A stretch of 32,316 nucleotides of DNA from contig JAZDIZ010000059.1 in assembly GCA_043804515.1 (NCBI GenBank), forward strand, positions 1-32,316, written 5' to 3'. The DNA comes from Pseudomonadota bacterium. Lineage in GTDB: Bacteria; Bdellovibrionota_G; JALEGL01; DATDPG01. The translations under genes were made by a program, and so were the position numbers. The notes beneath the pieces are model-generated. The model was not told the origin of the DNA. It searched no databases and saw only the letters and a list, made by a program, of their open reading frames with translations. Below are positions 9,156 through 18,534 of this stretch, one piece after another; the first letter of the stretch is position 1; every line of letters begins with the position of its first letter.

Positions 9156-10592
9156 TCAAAGCAGCGCAAGGACCCAGCCGGGGAAAAGGCCGAAGAGGAC
9201 CAAGGCCAACGCCGCGGCGATCAGCGACAGCCCGGTTCCGAAACGCAATTCGGGGACGCGGGCTTCCGACGGTTCCTGCATATAGAGGGCGACGATAACT
9301 TTGAGATAGTACCCCAGCGAGATCACGCTGGTTAGAACTCCTACAAGTACCAACTCCATGTGGCCGGCCCTTACCGCCAACGAAAAGAGATTGAACTTCC
9401 CGAAAAATCCGGCCAGGGGTGGAAATCCCGCCAAGGAGAGCAGGGCAATGGCCAGAACCGCCGCCAACGCAGGCCGCCTCCGCGCCAGGCCGGAAAGGTC
9501 GGAAATGGAGCCCCTCCCCTCGGATTCCTCCATCGCCGCCACGATGAAACAGGCGAGACTCGCGATGCCGTACGTAAGAAGGTAGTAGCCGGCGCCGACG
9601 TAGGACTCCCGCACCAAACCGGATTGCACCGTCACCAGAGCGATCGCCGCGTAGCCCGCGTGGGCCACGGCTGAGTACGCCAAAAGCCTCTTGAAACCGG
9701 ACTGCTGGAGCGCGGCCAGGCTCCCGAGAACCATCGATGCCAGCGAAACGAAGACAAAGACGGCCCGGGTATCCAAAGATTCGGGTGGGATCGCGACGCC
9801 GACGAACCTTAGGGCGAGAGTGATCCCCGCGGCTTTTACGGCCCCCGCCATCCAAGCCACCACATACGCGGGAGCCCCCTCGTAAACGTCGGGTACCCAC
9901 ATGTGGAAGGGCACCAGCCCCACTTTGAATGCGATTCCCGCGATGACGAGTCCCACGCCGGCGGCCAGAAGCCCCGGATCGCCCGCATCTTTGTTCGCCC
10001 AGGCGGAGGCGATCTCGTCCAACCTGACGGTCCCGACGAGTCCCCAGATCACCGCGGTCCCGTAAATGAAGAGGGCCGACGCAACGGAGCCCAGAAGAAA
10101 GTACTTGAATGCGGCTTCGCTGGACGCCCGACTCGATCGGTTGATCGCCGTGAGGATGTAAAGCGGAAGAGAGAGCAGCTCCAGTCCGACGAAGGACACC
10201 AAGAGATGGTTCGAAAAAATGAGAAGAAACGCACCGCACAGGCTCAAGAGAAGAAGGCTGAAGAAGCCGCTGGGACCCTCGGCCAGGTTGTCCCGGAGCT
10301 CCGGATAGGCGGGCAGGACGAGGAGAAACAGAAGCGACACGATGAGGGCCATGCCGATCCCGAGACGGTCGTGAATCAAGAGCCCTCCGAATGAAAGGGT
10401 TCCTTCACCGATCCAAAGAAAGGAAACAAGGGCCCCCAGGATCACCGCGCCCGTCAGGAACGCGGAAAGCCGCTCCCTCATTCCGGGTCGGGAAAAGGGC
10501 ACCGCCAGGAGAATCAGAAGAGAGCCCGCACTCAGAATCGCATAGGGCAGAGATCCCAAAAGATCTTCTTGGCTCAGGGGGCCGAAGTTCAC
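9156..10592 (-). CDS. nuoN: NADH-quinone oxidoreductase subunit N
   Basis: EAAFKYFLLGS, FKVGLVPFHMWVPDVYEGAP, KRLLAYS, SLAGFPPLAGFFGKF. Confidence 0.95.
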   Translation of the reverse strand: MNFGPLSQEDLLGSLPYAILSAGSLLILLAVPFSRPGMRERLSAFLTGAVILGALVSFLWIGEGTLSFGGLLIHDRLGIGMALIVSLLFLLVLPAYPELRDNLAEGPSGFFSLLLLSLCGAFLLIFSNHLLVSFVGLELLSLPLYILTAINRSSRASSEAAFKYFLLGSVASALFIYGTAVIWGLVGTVRLDEIASAWANKDAGDPGLLAAGVGLVIAGIAFKVGLVPFHMWVPDVYEGAPAYVVAWMAGAVKAAGITLALRFVGVAIPPESLDTRAVFVFVSLASMVLGSLAALQQSGFKRLLAYSAVAHAGYAAIALVTVQSGLVRESYVGAGYYLLTYGIASLACFIVAAMEESEGRGSISDLSGLARRRPALAAVLAIALLSLAGFPPLAGFFGKFNLFSLAVRAGHMELVLVGVLTSVISLGYYLKVIVALYMQEPSEARVPELRFGTGLSLIAAALALVLFGLFPGWVLALL

Positions 10593-12121
10593 GGGTGGCC
10601 CTTTCCGTTCAAGACCGAAGTGTTCGCGGCTTCGATGTGACTCAAAATTTGCTTAACCGAAGGGGCAATCGAACGAAGGAGCGTGTTGGGAGCCACGCCC
10701 AGCCATACCGCCGCCACAATCGGCAGAATCAACGCCAAAGCCTCGGGACCCCGTAAATCCGGAAGCTTCCTGTTTTCCTCGAGGCGCACCTCGCCCCAAA
10801 AGATGCGCTCGTACGTCATCAGCATGTACACGGCTCCCAGCACCACGCCGATGACGGAGAAACCCACCATCCAGACGGGATAGCCCAAAGCGGTCCCCCC
10901 GAAGGAGCCGCACAGGATGAGAAATTCGCCCACGAACCCGCACAGACCCGGAAGGCCGATCGAGGCGAGCGTGATGATCAGGAAGGCCGCGGCGAACCGG
11001 GGTGTGACCCGCGCGAGGCCTCCGAAATCGGCCAGCATCCGCGTGTGTCGCCGCTCGTACAAGATCCCCACCAACAGGAACAAGGCACCAGTGGAAATGC
11101 CGTGCGCCACCATCTGGAAAACGGCCCCTTGAATTCCCAAGCTCGTCAGGGACGCGATTCCCAAGACGACGAAGCCCATGTGGCTCACGGAGGAATACGC
11201 CACCAGTTTCTTCAAATCCTCCTGAGCCATCGCGACGTAGGCACCGTAGAGGATCGCGATCACTCCCAGAGACCCCAAAAGAGGGGCGAAGGCCACGGCT
11301 GCGGACGGAAAGAGGGGGAGCGCGTAACGGATCATCCCGTAGCCTCCCATCTTCAGAAGGACTCCCGCCAGGAGGACGCTACCCGCGGTGGGGGCCTCCG
11401 TGTGAGCGTCCGGAAGCCAGGTGTGGAACGGGAACATCGGGATCTTGATCGCGAAAGCGATCACGAAGCCTGCGAACAGCCAGAGCTGGAGATCCCCGGA
11501 AATCGTGAGGCGGTACAGATCCGGCAAGGAGGTTGAATACGTCCCGAACTCGACGTGGTGCAGCCAATACAGCGCCAGGAGTCCCACCAGCATCAGGACC
11601 GATCCGGACATCGTGAAGATGAAAAACTTCAACGTGGCGTAGATTCGCTTCGGCCCGCCGAAAATTCCGATCAGCAGATACATGGGAATCAGGACGAGTT
11701 CCCAAAACACGTAGAAGAGAAACACGTCCAGGGCGGCAAACGTGCCCACCATCGCGGTTTCGAGGACCAGAAGGCAGATGACGAATTCCTTGCGCCGTTC
11801 CCGCACGCTCCACGCGCTCAGGAAAAGAGAGATCGCGGTCAGGAACGTGGTCAGGAGGATGAGAGCCAGGGAAATCCCGTCGATCCCGACGAAGTACGTG
11901 ATGTTGTAGGAAGCGATCCAGGGAGCGCGATTCACGAATTGATACGCGCCCGAACCCGTGTCGAAATCGATGTAGAGAACCGTGGAAAGAATGAAGGTGA
12001 TCGTCGCCACGAGAGCCGCGCTCGGAAAGAACACCCGTTCAAATCTGCGGGGCACGAACAGGAGAAGAAGAGCCCCCGCGGCCGGAAGAAAGAGCACTTG
12101 ATTGAGGACGTTCTCGATCAT
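10589..12121 (-). CDS. nuoM: NADH-quinone oxidoreductase subunit M
   Basis: GIDGISL, FYVFWELVLIPMY, FPFHTWLPDAHTEAPT, AYSSVSHMG. Confidence 0.95.
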   Translation of the reverse strand: MIENVLNQVLFLPAAGALLLLFVPRRFERVFFPSAALVATITFILSTVLYIDFDTGSGAYQFVNRAPWIASYNITYFVGIDGISLALILLTTFLTAISLFLSAWSVRERRKEFVICLLVLETAMVGTFAALDVFLFYVFWELVLIPMYLLIGIFGGPKRIYATLKFFIFTMSGSVLMLVGLLALYWLHHVEFGTYSTSLPDLYRLTISGDLQLWLFAGFVIAFAIKIPMFPFHTWLPDAHTEAPTAGSVLLAGVLLKMGGYGMIRYALPLFPSAAVAFAPLLGSLGVIAILYGAYVAMAQEDLKKLVAYSSVSHMGFVVLGIASLTSLGIQGAVFQMVAHGISTGALFLLVGILYERRHTRMLADFGGLARVTPRFAAAFLIITLASIGLPGLCGFVGEFLILCGSFGGTALGYPVWMVGFSVIGVVLGAVYMLMTYERIFWGEVRLEENRKLPDLRGPEALALILPIVAAVWLGVAPNTLLRSIAPSVKQILSHIEAANTSVLNGKGHP

Positions 12122-13995
12122 TTAACGAGCCCCACCAGGTACCAGCCGACCAGAAAACACCCCGCTAGGAGCGAAAAGGCATAGGCCTGGACCTGGCCCG
12201 ATTGGAGGTTGGCCAGGGCGTATCCCGCCCCTTCCACCTTCCGCGCCACATAGCCAATGGCGCGATCCACGACATGTTCATCGAACAACCTCGCGCCCCA
12301 ACTGACGCCGCGGGTCAGCGCTCCGAAGAAGGCGACGGCAACGTCGTCGAAAAAGTACTGACGGGCCAGAACCTCCTTGAGTCGCACGGAGGAAAACCGG
12401 GTAAGCCAAGCGGGCTTCAATTGATAAGTACGGATGGAGAAGAAGAGAACCAGAAGGACGAGGATCGTGACAGCCCCGGTCAGTTGGCCCTCCGTGATCC
12501 ACGCCGCCGCCGGCTCGGCGGCCCCGAAGAATTCCTTGAGAACCGCCTTGAATGGAAGCGCCCCCCCCACTGCGGCAAGGAACGCCAAGACCCACATGGG
12601 CCACAGCATCGTGCGGCCCGACTCGCGAACTTCCGAAAGCTGGCGCCGGTCGATTTGGGGAATGCCGAGAAAGACCAGACAGAACAGGCGCGACATATAG
12701 AGCACGGTCAAGAGAGCGGCAATGACCGCCAGTACCAAGAGCGTCGTGTGTCCTGCGGATGCGACACCGAAAAGGATCGCGTCCTTGCTGAACCAGCCGC
12801 TGAAGAGGGGAAACCCCACGATTCCCAGAAACCCCGCGAGAAACGTGAGCGTCGTGCCGACGATATAGTTCTTCAGGCCCCCCATTTTGAAGATGTCCTG
12901 CTCCCCATGAAGCGCATGAATCACCGAACCCGCAGCGAGGAACAGAAGCGCCTTGAAGAACGCATGCGTCACCAAATGGAAGATCCCCGCCCAGTAGGCC
13001 CCTACCCCCATGGCTAGAACCATGAAGCCGAGCTGGCTCACCGTCGAAAAAGCCAGGACCTTTTTGATGTCCCTTTGCGCCAGGGCCATGGTTGCGGCCA
13101 GAAACGCCGTGAGAGCTCCCACCGAGGCCACGACTTCACTGGCGAACGGCGCGAGGTGATACAAGCCCGAGAGACGGGCCAGAAGGTAGACGCCCGCGGT
13201 CACCATCGTGGCGGCGTGGATCAAGGCCGAAACCGGCGTGGGGCCCGCCATGGCATCCGGCAGCCAAATGTAAAGCGGGATTTGAGCGGATTTTCCGGCG
13301 CAGCCGAGAAAAAAGAGAAGGGCGATCGCTTCCACCACGCCGGGGTGAGTCTGCGCCAATACCGGCGCGCCCTTCAGGACCGCTCCCACGTCCAGGGTAC
13401 CGAAGAGATGGAGACACAGAAACATCGCCATCAGAAATCCCACGTCTCCGATCCGGTTGACGATGAACGCTTTCTTGCCCGCCTTGGCCTTGTCGATGTC
13501 CGAAAACCAGAAAGCGATCAGGATGTAACTGGAGAACCCCACCCCTTCCCATCCCACGAAGATGAGAGGGAGAGAGGCTCCCGTCAGGAGGAGCAACATG
13601 AAACCGCAGAAGAGGTTGAGGTACGCGAAGTAACGCGTTCTCCCCTCGTCATGAGCCATATAACCGATGGAATAGATATGGATGAGCAGGCCCACTCCGG
13701 TCACGACCAGGCTCAACAGGGCCGACAGGGCGTCGATGTGGAGTTGCGCCCGGAAATCGATCGCCCCGGTGTTCATCCAGGAGCCCATGTCCACCATCAG
13801 CGGTGCCGCTTCTTCACCGGAGAAAAACCGCATGGCGATGCCAAGGGCGGCAAAGAACGAAAAGGCCAGGATCACCGAGGCGAGGGGGCCCGCCCAGCGC
13901 TCCGCTTTGGGCTTTTTCCAGAGTGACAGAACCCCCAAGAGCAAGGCGCCCCCGAAGGGCAGGAACACCATCCTAAGGACCGTAGAGGGTTCCAT
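12118..13995 (-). CDS. nuoL: NADH-quinone oxidoreductase subunit L
   Basis: IHIYSIGYM, GWEGVG, KAFIVNRIGD, WLPDAMAGPTPVSALIHAATMV; start trimmed to MEPSTV. Confidence 0.95.
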   Translation of the reverse strand: MEPSTVLRMVFLPFGGALLLGVLSLWKKPKAERWAGPLASVILAFSFFAALGIAMRFFSGEEAAPLMVDMGSWMNTGAIDFRAQLHIDALSALLSLVVTGVGLLIHIYSIGYMAHDEGRTRYFAYLNLFCGFMLLLLTGASLPLIFVGWEGVGFSSYILIAFWFSDIDKAKAGKKAFIVNRIGDVGFLMAMFLCLHLFGTLDVGAVLKGAPVLAQTHPGVVEAIALLFFLGCAGKSAQIPLYIWLPDAMAGPTPVSALIHAATMVTAGVYLLARLSGLYHLAPFASEVVASVGALTAFLAATMALAQRDIKKVLAFSTVSQLGFMVLAMGVGAYWAGIFHLVTHAFFKALLFLAAGSVIHALHGEQDIFKMGGLKNYIVGTTLTFLAGFLGIVGFPLFSGWFSKDAILFGVASAGHTTLLVLAVIAALLTVLYMSRLFCLVFLGIPQIDRRQLSEVRESGRTMLWPMWVLAFLAAVGGALPFKAVLKEFFGAAEPAAAWITEGQLTGAVTILVLLVLFFSIRTYQLKPAWLTRFSSVRLKEVLARQYFFDDVAVAFFGALTRGVSWGARLFDEHVVDRAIGYVARKVEGAGYALANLQSGQVQAYAFSLLAGCFLVGWYLVGLVK

Positions 13996-13997
13996 GG

Positions 13998-14303
13998 TCA
14001 GCCCTTGAGGTCCTTGAGCGCCGAAAGGTTCAGGGATTCCTCCTTCTTGCTCACTTGGATCACGATCGAAAGCCCTACGGCCGCTTCCGCGGCTGCCGTC
14101 GCGATGACGATGAACGCGGCCACGTGGCCGAACTCGTCTCCGCGATTGGCCGCGAAGCCGATAAACGCCACGTTCGCGGCGTTGAGAAGAATCTCGACGG
14201 AAAGAAAGACCGTGATCGCGTCGCGGCGCAGAAAGAGCCCCGCCACGCCTATCCCGAAGAGGAGGAAACTCACCGCGAGAACGTGGGAGAGAGGCACGAT
14301 CAT
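13998..14303 (-). CDS. nuoK: NADH-quinone oxidoreductase subunit K
   Basis: LFGIGVAGLFLRR, SVEILLNAAN, AAAEAAVGL; start trimmed to MIVPLS. Confidence 0.93.
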   Translation of the reverse strand: MIVPLSHVLAVSFLLFGIGVAGLFLRRDAITVFLSVEILLNAANVAFIGFAANRGDEFGHVAAFIVIATAAAEAAVGLSIVIQVSKKEESLNLSALKDLKG

Positions 14304-14806
14304 GAGCCTTCCTTCTCCGTTCCACGCCGGGCCAAAACCACGACTCCCACGATGGCCGTCAGAAGCAGCAGGGACACCAACTCGAAGACTAACGCGTACG
14401 GTCCCAAGAGTATTTTTCCCACCGACGCAAGCGAGCCGAACTCCTCGCTCAGGACACGTTCCTGCGGCACGTCCGAGGACGAGAGCGTCGACAGGAGGGC
14501 GGCCAGGAAAACAGCTATTCCGGCCGCGATCCATCGCCGTGGAACGGCGTTTTTGAAAAGAGAGTCCGAGGCGCGAATGTTGAGGAGCATCGTGACGTAC
14601 AGAAAGAGCACGAGGATGGCTCCCGCGTAGATCAGGATCTGGACCACGCCGAGGAAGGGGGCGTTAAGAAGGATAAAGAGCCCCGACACGCCGAAAAAAC
14701 TCGCTACGAGCGACAATGCGCTTGTCACCGGATTCCGGACGGCGATCACCAGAAACGCAAAGATCACCGTAAGAAACGCGAAGAGGTAGAAAGCAAAGGC
14801 CTGCAT
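14300..14806 (-). CDS. nuoJ: NADH-quinone oxidoreductase subunit J
   Basis: NPVTSAL.L, QILIYAGAILVLFLYVTMLL, FELVSLLLL. Confidence 0.93.
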   Translation of the reverse strand: MQAFAFYLFAFLTVIFAFLVIAVRNPVTSALSLVASFFGVSGLFILLNAPFLGVVQILIYAGAILVLFLYVTMLLNIRASDSLFKNAVPRRWIAAGIAVFLAALLSTLSSSDVPQERVLSEEFGSLASVGKILLGPYALVFELVSLLLLTAIVGVVVLARRGTEKEGS

Positions 14807-15861
14807 TACATCGCCTTCCATGCCACCGCCACGGTCAGCAGCAGGTTCAGCAGGCTCAACGGGACCAGCCTTTTCCAGCCCAGGCGCATCAGCTGATCAT
14901 AGCGGAACCTGGGAAGCGTCCAGCGCACCCAAATGAAAACGAAGAGAAAGAGGGTCACTTTGAGCAGGAACCAAACGCTCGGAAGCAGCCAGAGGACCGG
15001 ATCCGCGTAGACGTCGACACCGAGCCACTCCCCGACGCGATCCCACCCGAAGAACGGGAGGAACTCCCACCCGCCGAAGAAGAGGAGCGCCATCAGGCAC
15101 GAAACCGTGAACATATTGGCGTACTCGGCCATGAAGTACGAGGCGAATTTCATGCTGGAGTACTCGGTGTGGTAGCCGATGATTTCGGAATCCCCCTCCG
15201 GAAGGTCGAACGGAAGGCGATTCGTTTCGGCGAACATCGAGATGAAGAACAGAAGGAATCCGAGCGGGCAGAGGAACACGAACCACACGTGATTCTGAAC
15301 GGCCACGATGTCGGCCAAACGTGCCGATCCGGCCAGGAGAAAAACCGAAAGGATCACCATCCCCTGCGGGATCTCGTAGCTGATCATCTGGGCGGCGGCC
15401 CGGAACGTCCCCAGAAGCGGGTACTTGCTGTTGGACGCCCAACCCCCGATGATGATGCCGTACACCGACAGCGAGGAAATCGCCAGGGCGAACAAAAGTC
15501 CCAGGTCGAGATCCGCGATCTGGAGAGGATGCAGGACGCCCCCGATCCGGCGCGCGCCCAGGGGAATAATCGCCAGCACCAGGACGGCGGGAACAACGGC
15601 GATCATGGGTGCGAGGGGATATAGAATAGGATGGGCGCCGGCCGGGCGCACTTCTTCCTTGAAAAGGAACTTGATCGCGTCCGCGATGGGCTGAAGGACG
15701 CCGAACGGCCCCACCCGATTCGGCCCGATCCGGTCCTGCATGAACGCGCTGACCTTGCGCTCGCCGTACACCAGAAGGTTCACGAACAATCCGAACACCA
15801 GGGTGAACACCAAAACGATCCGTAGCGCGGATCCCAGCCAGCCGGGGTCGAAGAGAATCAT
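14806..15861 (-). CDS. nuoH: NADH-quinone oxidoreductase subunit H
   Basis: ERKVSAFMQDRIGPNRVG, QPIADAIK, AQMISYE, AETNRLPFDLPE, TLPRFRYDQLM. Confidence 0.95.
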   Translation of the reverse strand: MILFDPGWLGSALRIVLVFTLVFGLFVNLLVYGERKVSAFMQDRIGPNRVGPFGVLQPIADAIKFLFKEEVRPAGAHPILYPLAPMIAVVPAVLVLAIIPLGARRIGGVLHPLQIADLDLGLLFALAISSLSVYGIIIGGWASNSKYPLLGTFRAAAQMISYEIPQGMVILSVFLLAGSARLADIVAVQNHVWFVFLCPLGFLLFFISMFAETNRLPFDLPEGDSEIIGYHTEYSSMKFASYFMAEYANMFTVSCLMALLFFGGWEFLPFFGWDRVGEWLGVDVYADPVLWLLPSVWFLLKVTLFLFVFIWVRWTLPRFRYDQLMRLGWKRLVPLSLLNLLLTVAVAWKAM

Positions 15862-17126
15862 GCCCCGGCCTCCGCCCGGCACTTCTTTTCGCTCACGTGC
15901 TGCTCGAACTCCTCGCGGAATTTCGAAACGAAGCTCTCCACGGGCGCGGCCGCGGCGTCGGCAAAAACGCAGATCGTCTTGCCCTTCATGTTCCCCGTGA
16001 CGGCGAACAACAGCTTCAAATCCGCTTCGGTACCCTTCCCTTCCTCGATTCTGCGGACGATCTTGTAAAGCCAGTCAGAACCCTCCCGGCAGGGAGTGCA
16101 CTGTCCGCAAGACTCGTGGGCGAAGAACGCCGACACCACTCTAAGGGCCCGGACCATGCATGTGGTGTCGTCCATGACGATCACTCCCCCGGACCCGGCC
16201 ATCGTGCCCCTGGACGCGAGGGCCTCGAAATCCATCGTCACGTCGCATTCCTCGGCGCGCAGGATCGGCGTGGATACGCCTCCGGGGATGACGGCCTTGA
16301 GGCGTCTTCCCGGAAACGGCCCGCCGGCGTGCTTCGTGATGAGTTCCATCAACGGCACGTTGAGAGGAAGTTCGTACACTCCGGGTTTTTGGACTTGGCC
16401 GCTTACACAGAACAACCGCATGCCCGGACTCTTCTCCGTGCCCCACTGGCGGAACCATTCCGCGCCCTTGAGAATGAGATCGGGCAGGTTGGCGAGCGTC
16501 TCCACGTTGTTGATGACCGTGGGGCATCGAAAAAGCCCTTCGACCGCGGGGAACGGAGGCTTCAGACGCGGAAGGCCCCGCTTTCCCTCCAAGGATTCCA
16601 AGAGTGCCGTCTCCTCGCCGCAGATGTACGCGCCCGCTCCCATGTGAATGGTGACGTCGAGACTGTAGGCCGAACCCTGGATGTTCTCCCCTAGGAGATT
16701 GTTCGCGTACGCCTCGTCGACGGCATCCCCGAGGCGGCGGCCTTCCTCGTGGAATTCACCTCGCACGTATACATAGGCCTGGCGCACGCCGAGGGCATAC
16801 CCGGCGATCGCGATCCCTTCGATCAGGAGGTGCGGGTCCTGTTTGAGGATCTCGCGGTCTTTGAACGTCCCCGGTTCCCCTTCGTCGGCGTTCACACACA
16901 GATACACGGGTTTCCCGGTGTTTTTCGGCACGAACCCCCATTTTGCCCCGCACGGAAACCCGGCCCCGCCCCTTCCGCGCAGGCCGGAATCCTTTACGAT
17001 ACGGGTGATCTCATCGGGTTTTAGGCGGAGCGCCTTGGCCAGGCCGCGGAATCCGCCCCCCTCAAGATAGTTTTTCAGGCGGTGGGAATCCGCCTTTCCG
17101 AAATTCTTGCTAACGATCCGTTCCAT
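15858..17126 (-). CDS. nuoF: NADH-quinone oxidoreductase subunit F
   Basis: GLRGRGGAGFP, NADEGEPGTFKDR, GAGAYICGEETAL, ESCGQCTPCREG. Confidence 0.96.
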   Translation of the reverse strand: MERIVSKNFGKADSHRLKNYLEGGGFRGLAKALRLKPDEITRIVKDSGLRGRGGAGFPCGAKWGFVPKNTGKPVYLCVNADEGEPGTFKDREILKQDPHLLIEGIAIAGYALGVRQAYVYVRGEFHEEGRRLGDAVDEAYANNLLGENIQGSAYSLDVTIHMGAGAYICGEETALLESLEGKRGLPRLKPPFPAVEGLFRCPTVINNVETLANLPDLILKGAEWFRQWGTEKSPGMRLFCVSGQVQKPGVYELPLNVPLMELITKHAGGPFPGRRLKAVIPGGVSTPILRAEECDVTMDFEALASRGTMAGSGGVIVMDDTTCMVRALRVVSAFFAHESCGQCTPCREGSDWLYKIVRRIEEGKGTEADLKLLFAVTGNMKGKTICVFADAAAAPVESFVSKFREEFEQHVSEKKCRAEAGA

Positions 17127-17601
17127 GGCTGCGCAGATCCTCGATCAATTTCCTCAAGGAATCTTTCGTGACGTTCTCGTAGCACCTCTCGTTGACGTGG
17201 AGTGCGGGAGCGCCCCCGCAGGCGGCCAGGCATTCAACCGTCGAGTACGCAAAAAGGCCGTCGGGGCTGGTTTCCCCGGGACGAAGCCCGAGTTGCTCTT
17301 CCACCAGGCCCATGAGTGTTTCGCACCCTCGAAGAGAACAGCTCAAATTCCGGCACACCTGAACGTGAAACTTCCCGCGGGGTGAAGCGGAATACATCGT
17401 GTAGAACGAGACGACGCTTTCCACGCGCGCGGCGGAAAGGCCCAAGAGCCCGGCCACGAACTCCCGCACCTCTCGGGAGAGCGCTCCGAATTCCCGCTGC
17501 GCCAACCAAAGGACGGACAAGAGCGCCGCTTCTTTTTTCGGATAGCGCGAAACGATCCTTGAGAATTCCGCTTCCGCGGCATCGGAAAACTTCGGGCTCA
17601 C
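17110..17601 (-). CDS. nuoE: NADH-quinone oxidoreductase subunit E
   Basis: VVSFYTMY, VCRNLSC and ECLAAC 2Fe-2S ligands. Confidence 0.93.
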   Translation of the reverse strand: MSPKFSDAAEAEFSRIVSRYPKKEAALLSVLWLAQREFGALSREVREFVAGLLGLSAARVESVVSFYTMYSASPRGKFHVQVCRNLSCSLRGCETLMGLVEEQLGLRPGETSPDGLFAYSTVECLAACGGAPALHVNERCYENVTKDSLRKLIEDLRSHGTDR

Positions 17602-18101
17602 AGGTCCTCCTCCGTCTCGCGGTCTCCCTTGAGCGGATAGTCCTTTCTCTGGGGAAATACGGTGAGATCCGGTGCATTGAGAATCCTCTCCAGGTTCGGA
17701 TGTCCGTCGAACCGGATCCCGTATTGGTCAAAGGCCTCCCTCTCCTGCCAATTCGCCGCGGGCCAGCGCGATACCACGGACGGCATGGTGAGGGACCGGT
17801 CCGAAACCCGGCATCTCAAACGGATCCGGTGCTTCTTGGCCATTGAATAGAGGTGAATCACGACTTCAAAGCGCGGCGAGGCCTTGCCCAAATAATCGAC
17901 ACCGAAGAGATCCACGAACCAGTCGAACGCGAGGCGCTCGTGGCTTCGGAGGAAATCGATCACATCCAGAACGTCCTCGCCGTTGACCTGAATCCAGAAG
18001 TCGCCCTGGTGGACGCCGCTGCCGAGAACTTTCGCGCCCAATTCCTCCACAACCAGCTTTTGAAGATCTGGAGTGACAAGATAGGAGGAGCTCAATCCCA
18101 T
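17598..18101 (-). CDS. nuoC: NADH-quinone oxidoreductase subunit C (stand-alone, not fused to D)
   Basis: GVDY...RFEVVIHLYS, ANWQEREAFDQYGIRFDGHPNLERIL, P.RKDYPL; start ATG 18101 approximate. Confidence 0.92.
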   Translation of the reverse strand: MGLSSSYLVTPDLQKLVVEELGAKVLGSGVHQGDFWIQVNGEDVLDVIDFLRSHERLAFDWFVDLFGVDYLGKASPRFEVVIHLYSMAKKHRIRLRCRVSDRSLTMPSVVSRWPAANWQEREAFDQYGIRFDGHPNLERILNAPDLTVFPQRKDYPLKGDRETEEDL

Positions 18102-18463
18102 TCCAGGCCCCCTCGGCTCCAGGCGAAAACATATCCGACCAGCAGCACGGCCAAGAAGACGCCCAGTTCGGCAAGGAGAAACGGAGCCCCCCATTCCGGA
18201 AGTTTGCTTCGAAAAAGAACGGCCCAAGGGAACAACAGGGCGGCCTCCACGTCGAAAATCAGGAAAAGGATCGCCAGCTTGTAGAACTTGACGGGAATCC
18301 GTTCGCGCGTGGAGCCCACGGGCGGCACGCCGCATTCGTAGGCCTCCGATTTCACATTCGATCGGACTTTCGGCCCGAGCATGGAGGACAGCCACAATAG
18401 TCCCACCGGAAACGCAACGGCCACACCAAGAAGCATCAGCACCGGAAGGTAGGACAGAATCAT
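18092..18463 (-). CDS. nuoA: NADH-quinone oxidoreductase subunit A
   Basis: YECG, FY..AILFLIFDVE, GGLEWD. Confidence 0.95.
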   Translation of the reverse strand: MILSYLPVLMLLGVAVAFPVGLLWLSSMLGPKVRSNVKSEAYECGVPPVGSTRERIPVKFYKLAILFLIFDVEAALLFPWAVLFRSKLPEWGAPFLLAELGVFLAVLLVGYVFAWSRGGLEWD

Positions 18464-18487
18464 TTTTTCCTTTAAATTTAGGGCGTT

Positions 18488-18515
18488 ACTATAGACTTGG
18501 GCATTTGACTGTCAA
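18488..18515 (-). promoter_or_regulatory. putative sigma70 promoter of nuo operon
   Basis: Minus strand TTGACA-16 nt-TATAGT; the -35 is part of palindrome TTGAC-T-GTCAA (18505-18515). Confidence 0.5.
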
Positions 18516-18534
18516 GGGGTTAAGATCCCGATTC

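Noticed and set aside
13996..14325. NuoK-NuoL fusion suggested by the 735-aa ORF
   Set aside because: The extension is an alternate frame over nuoK, which has its own stop at 13998
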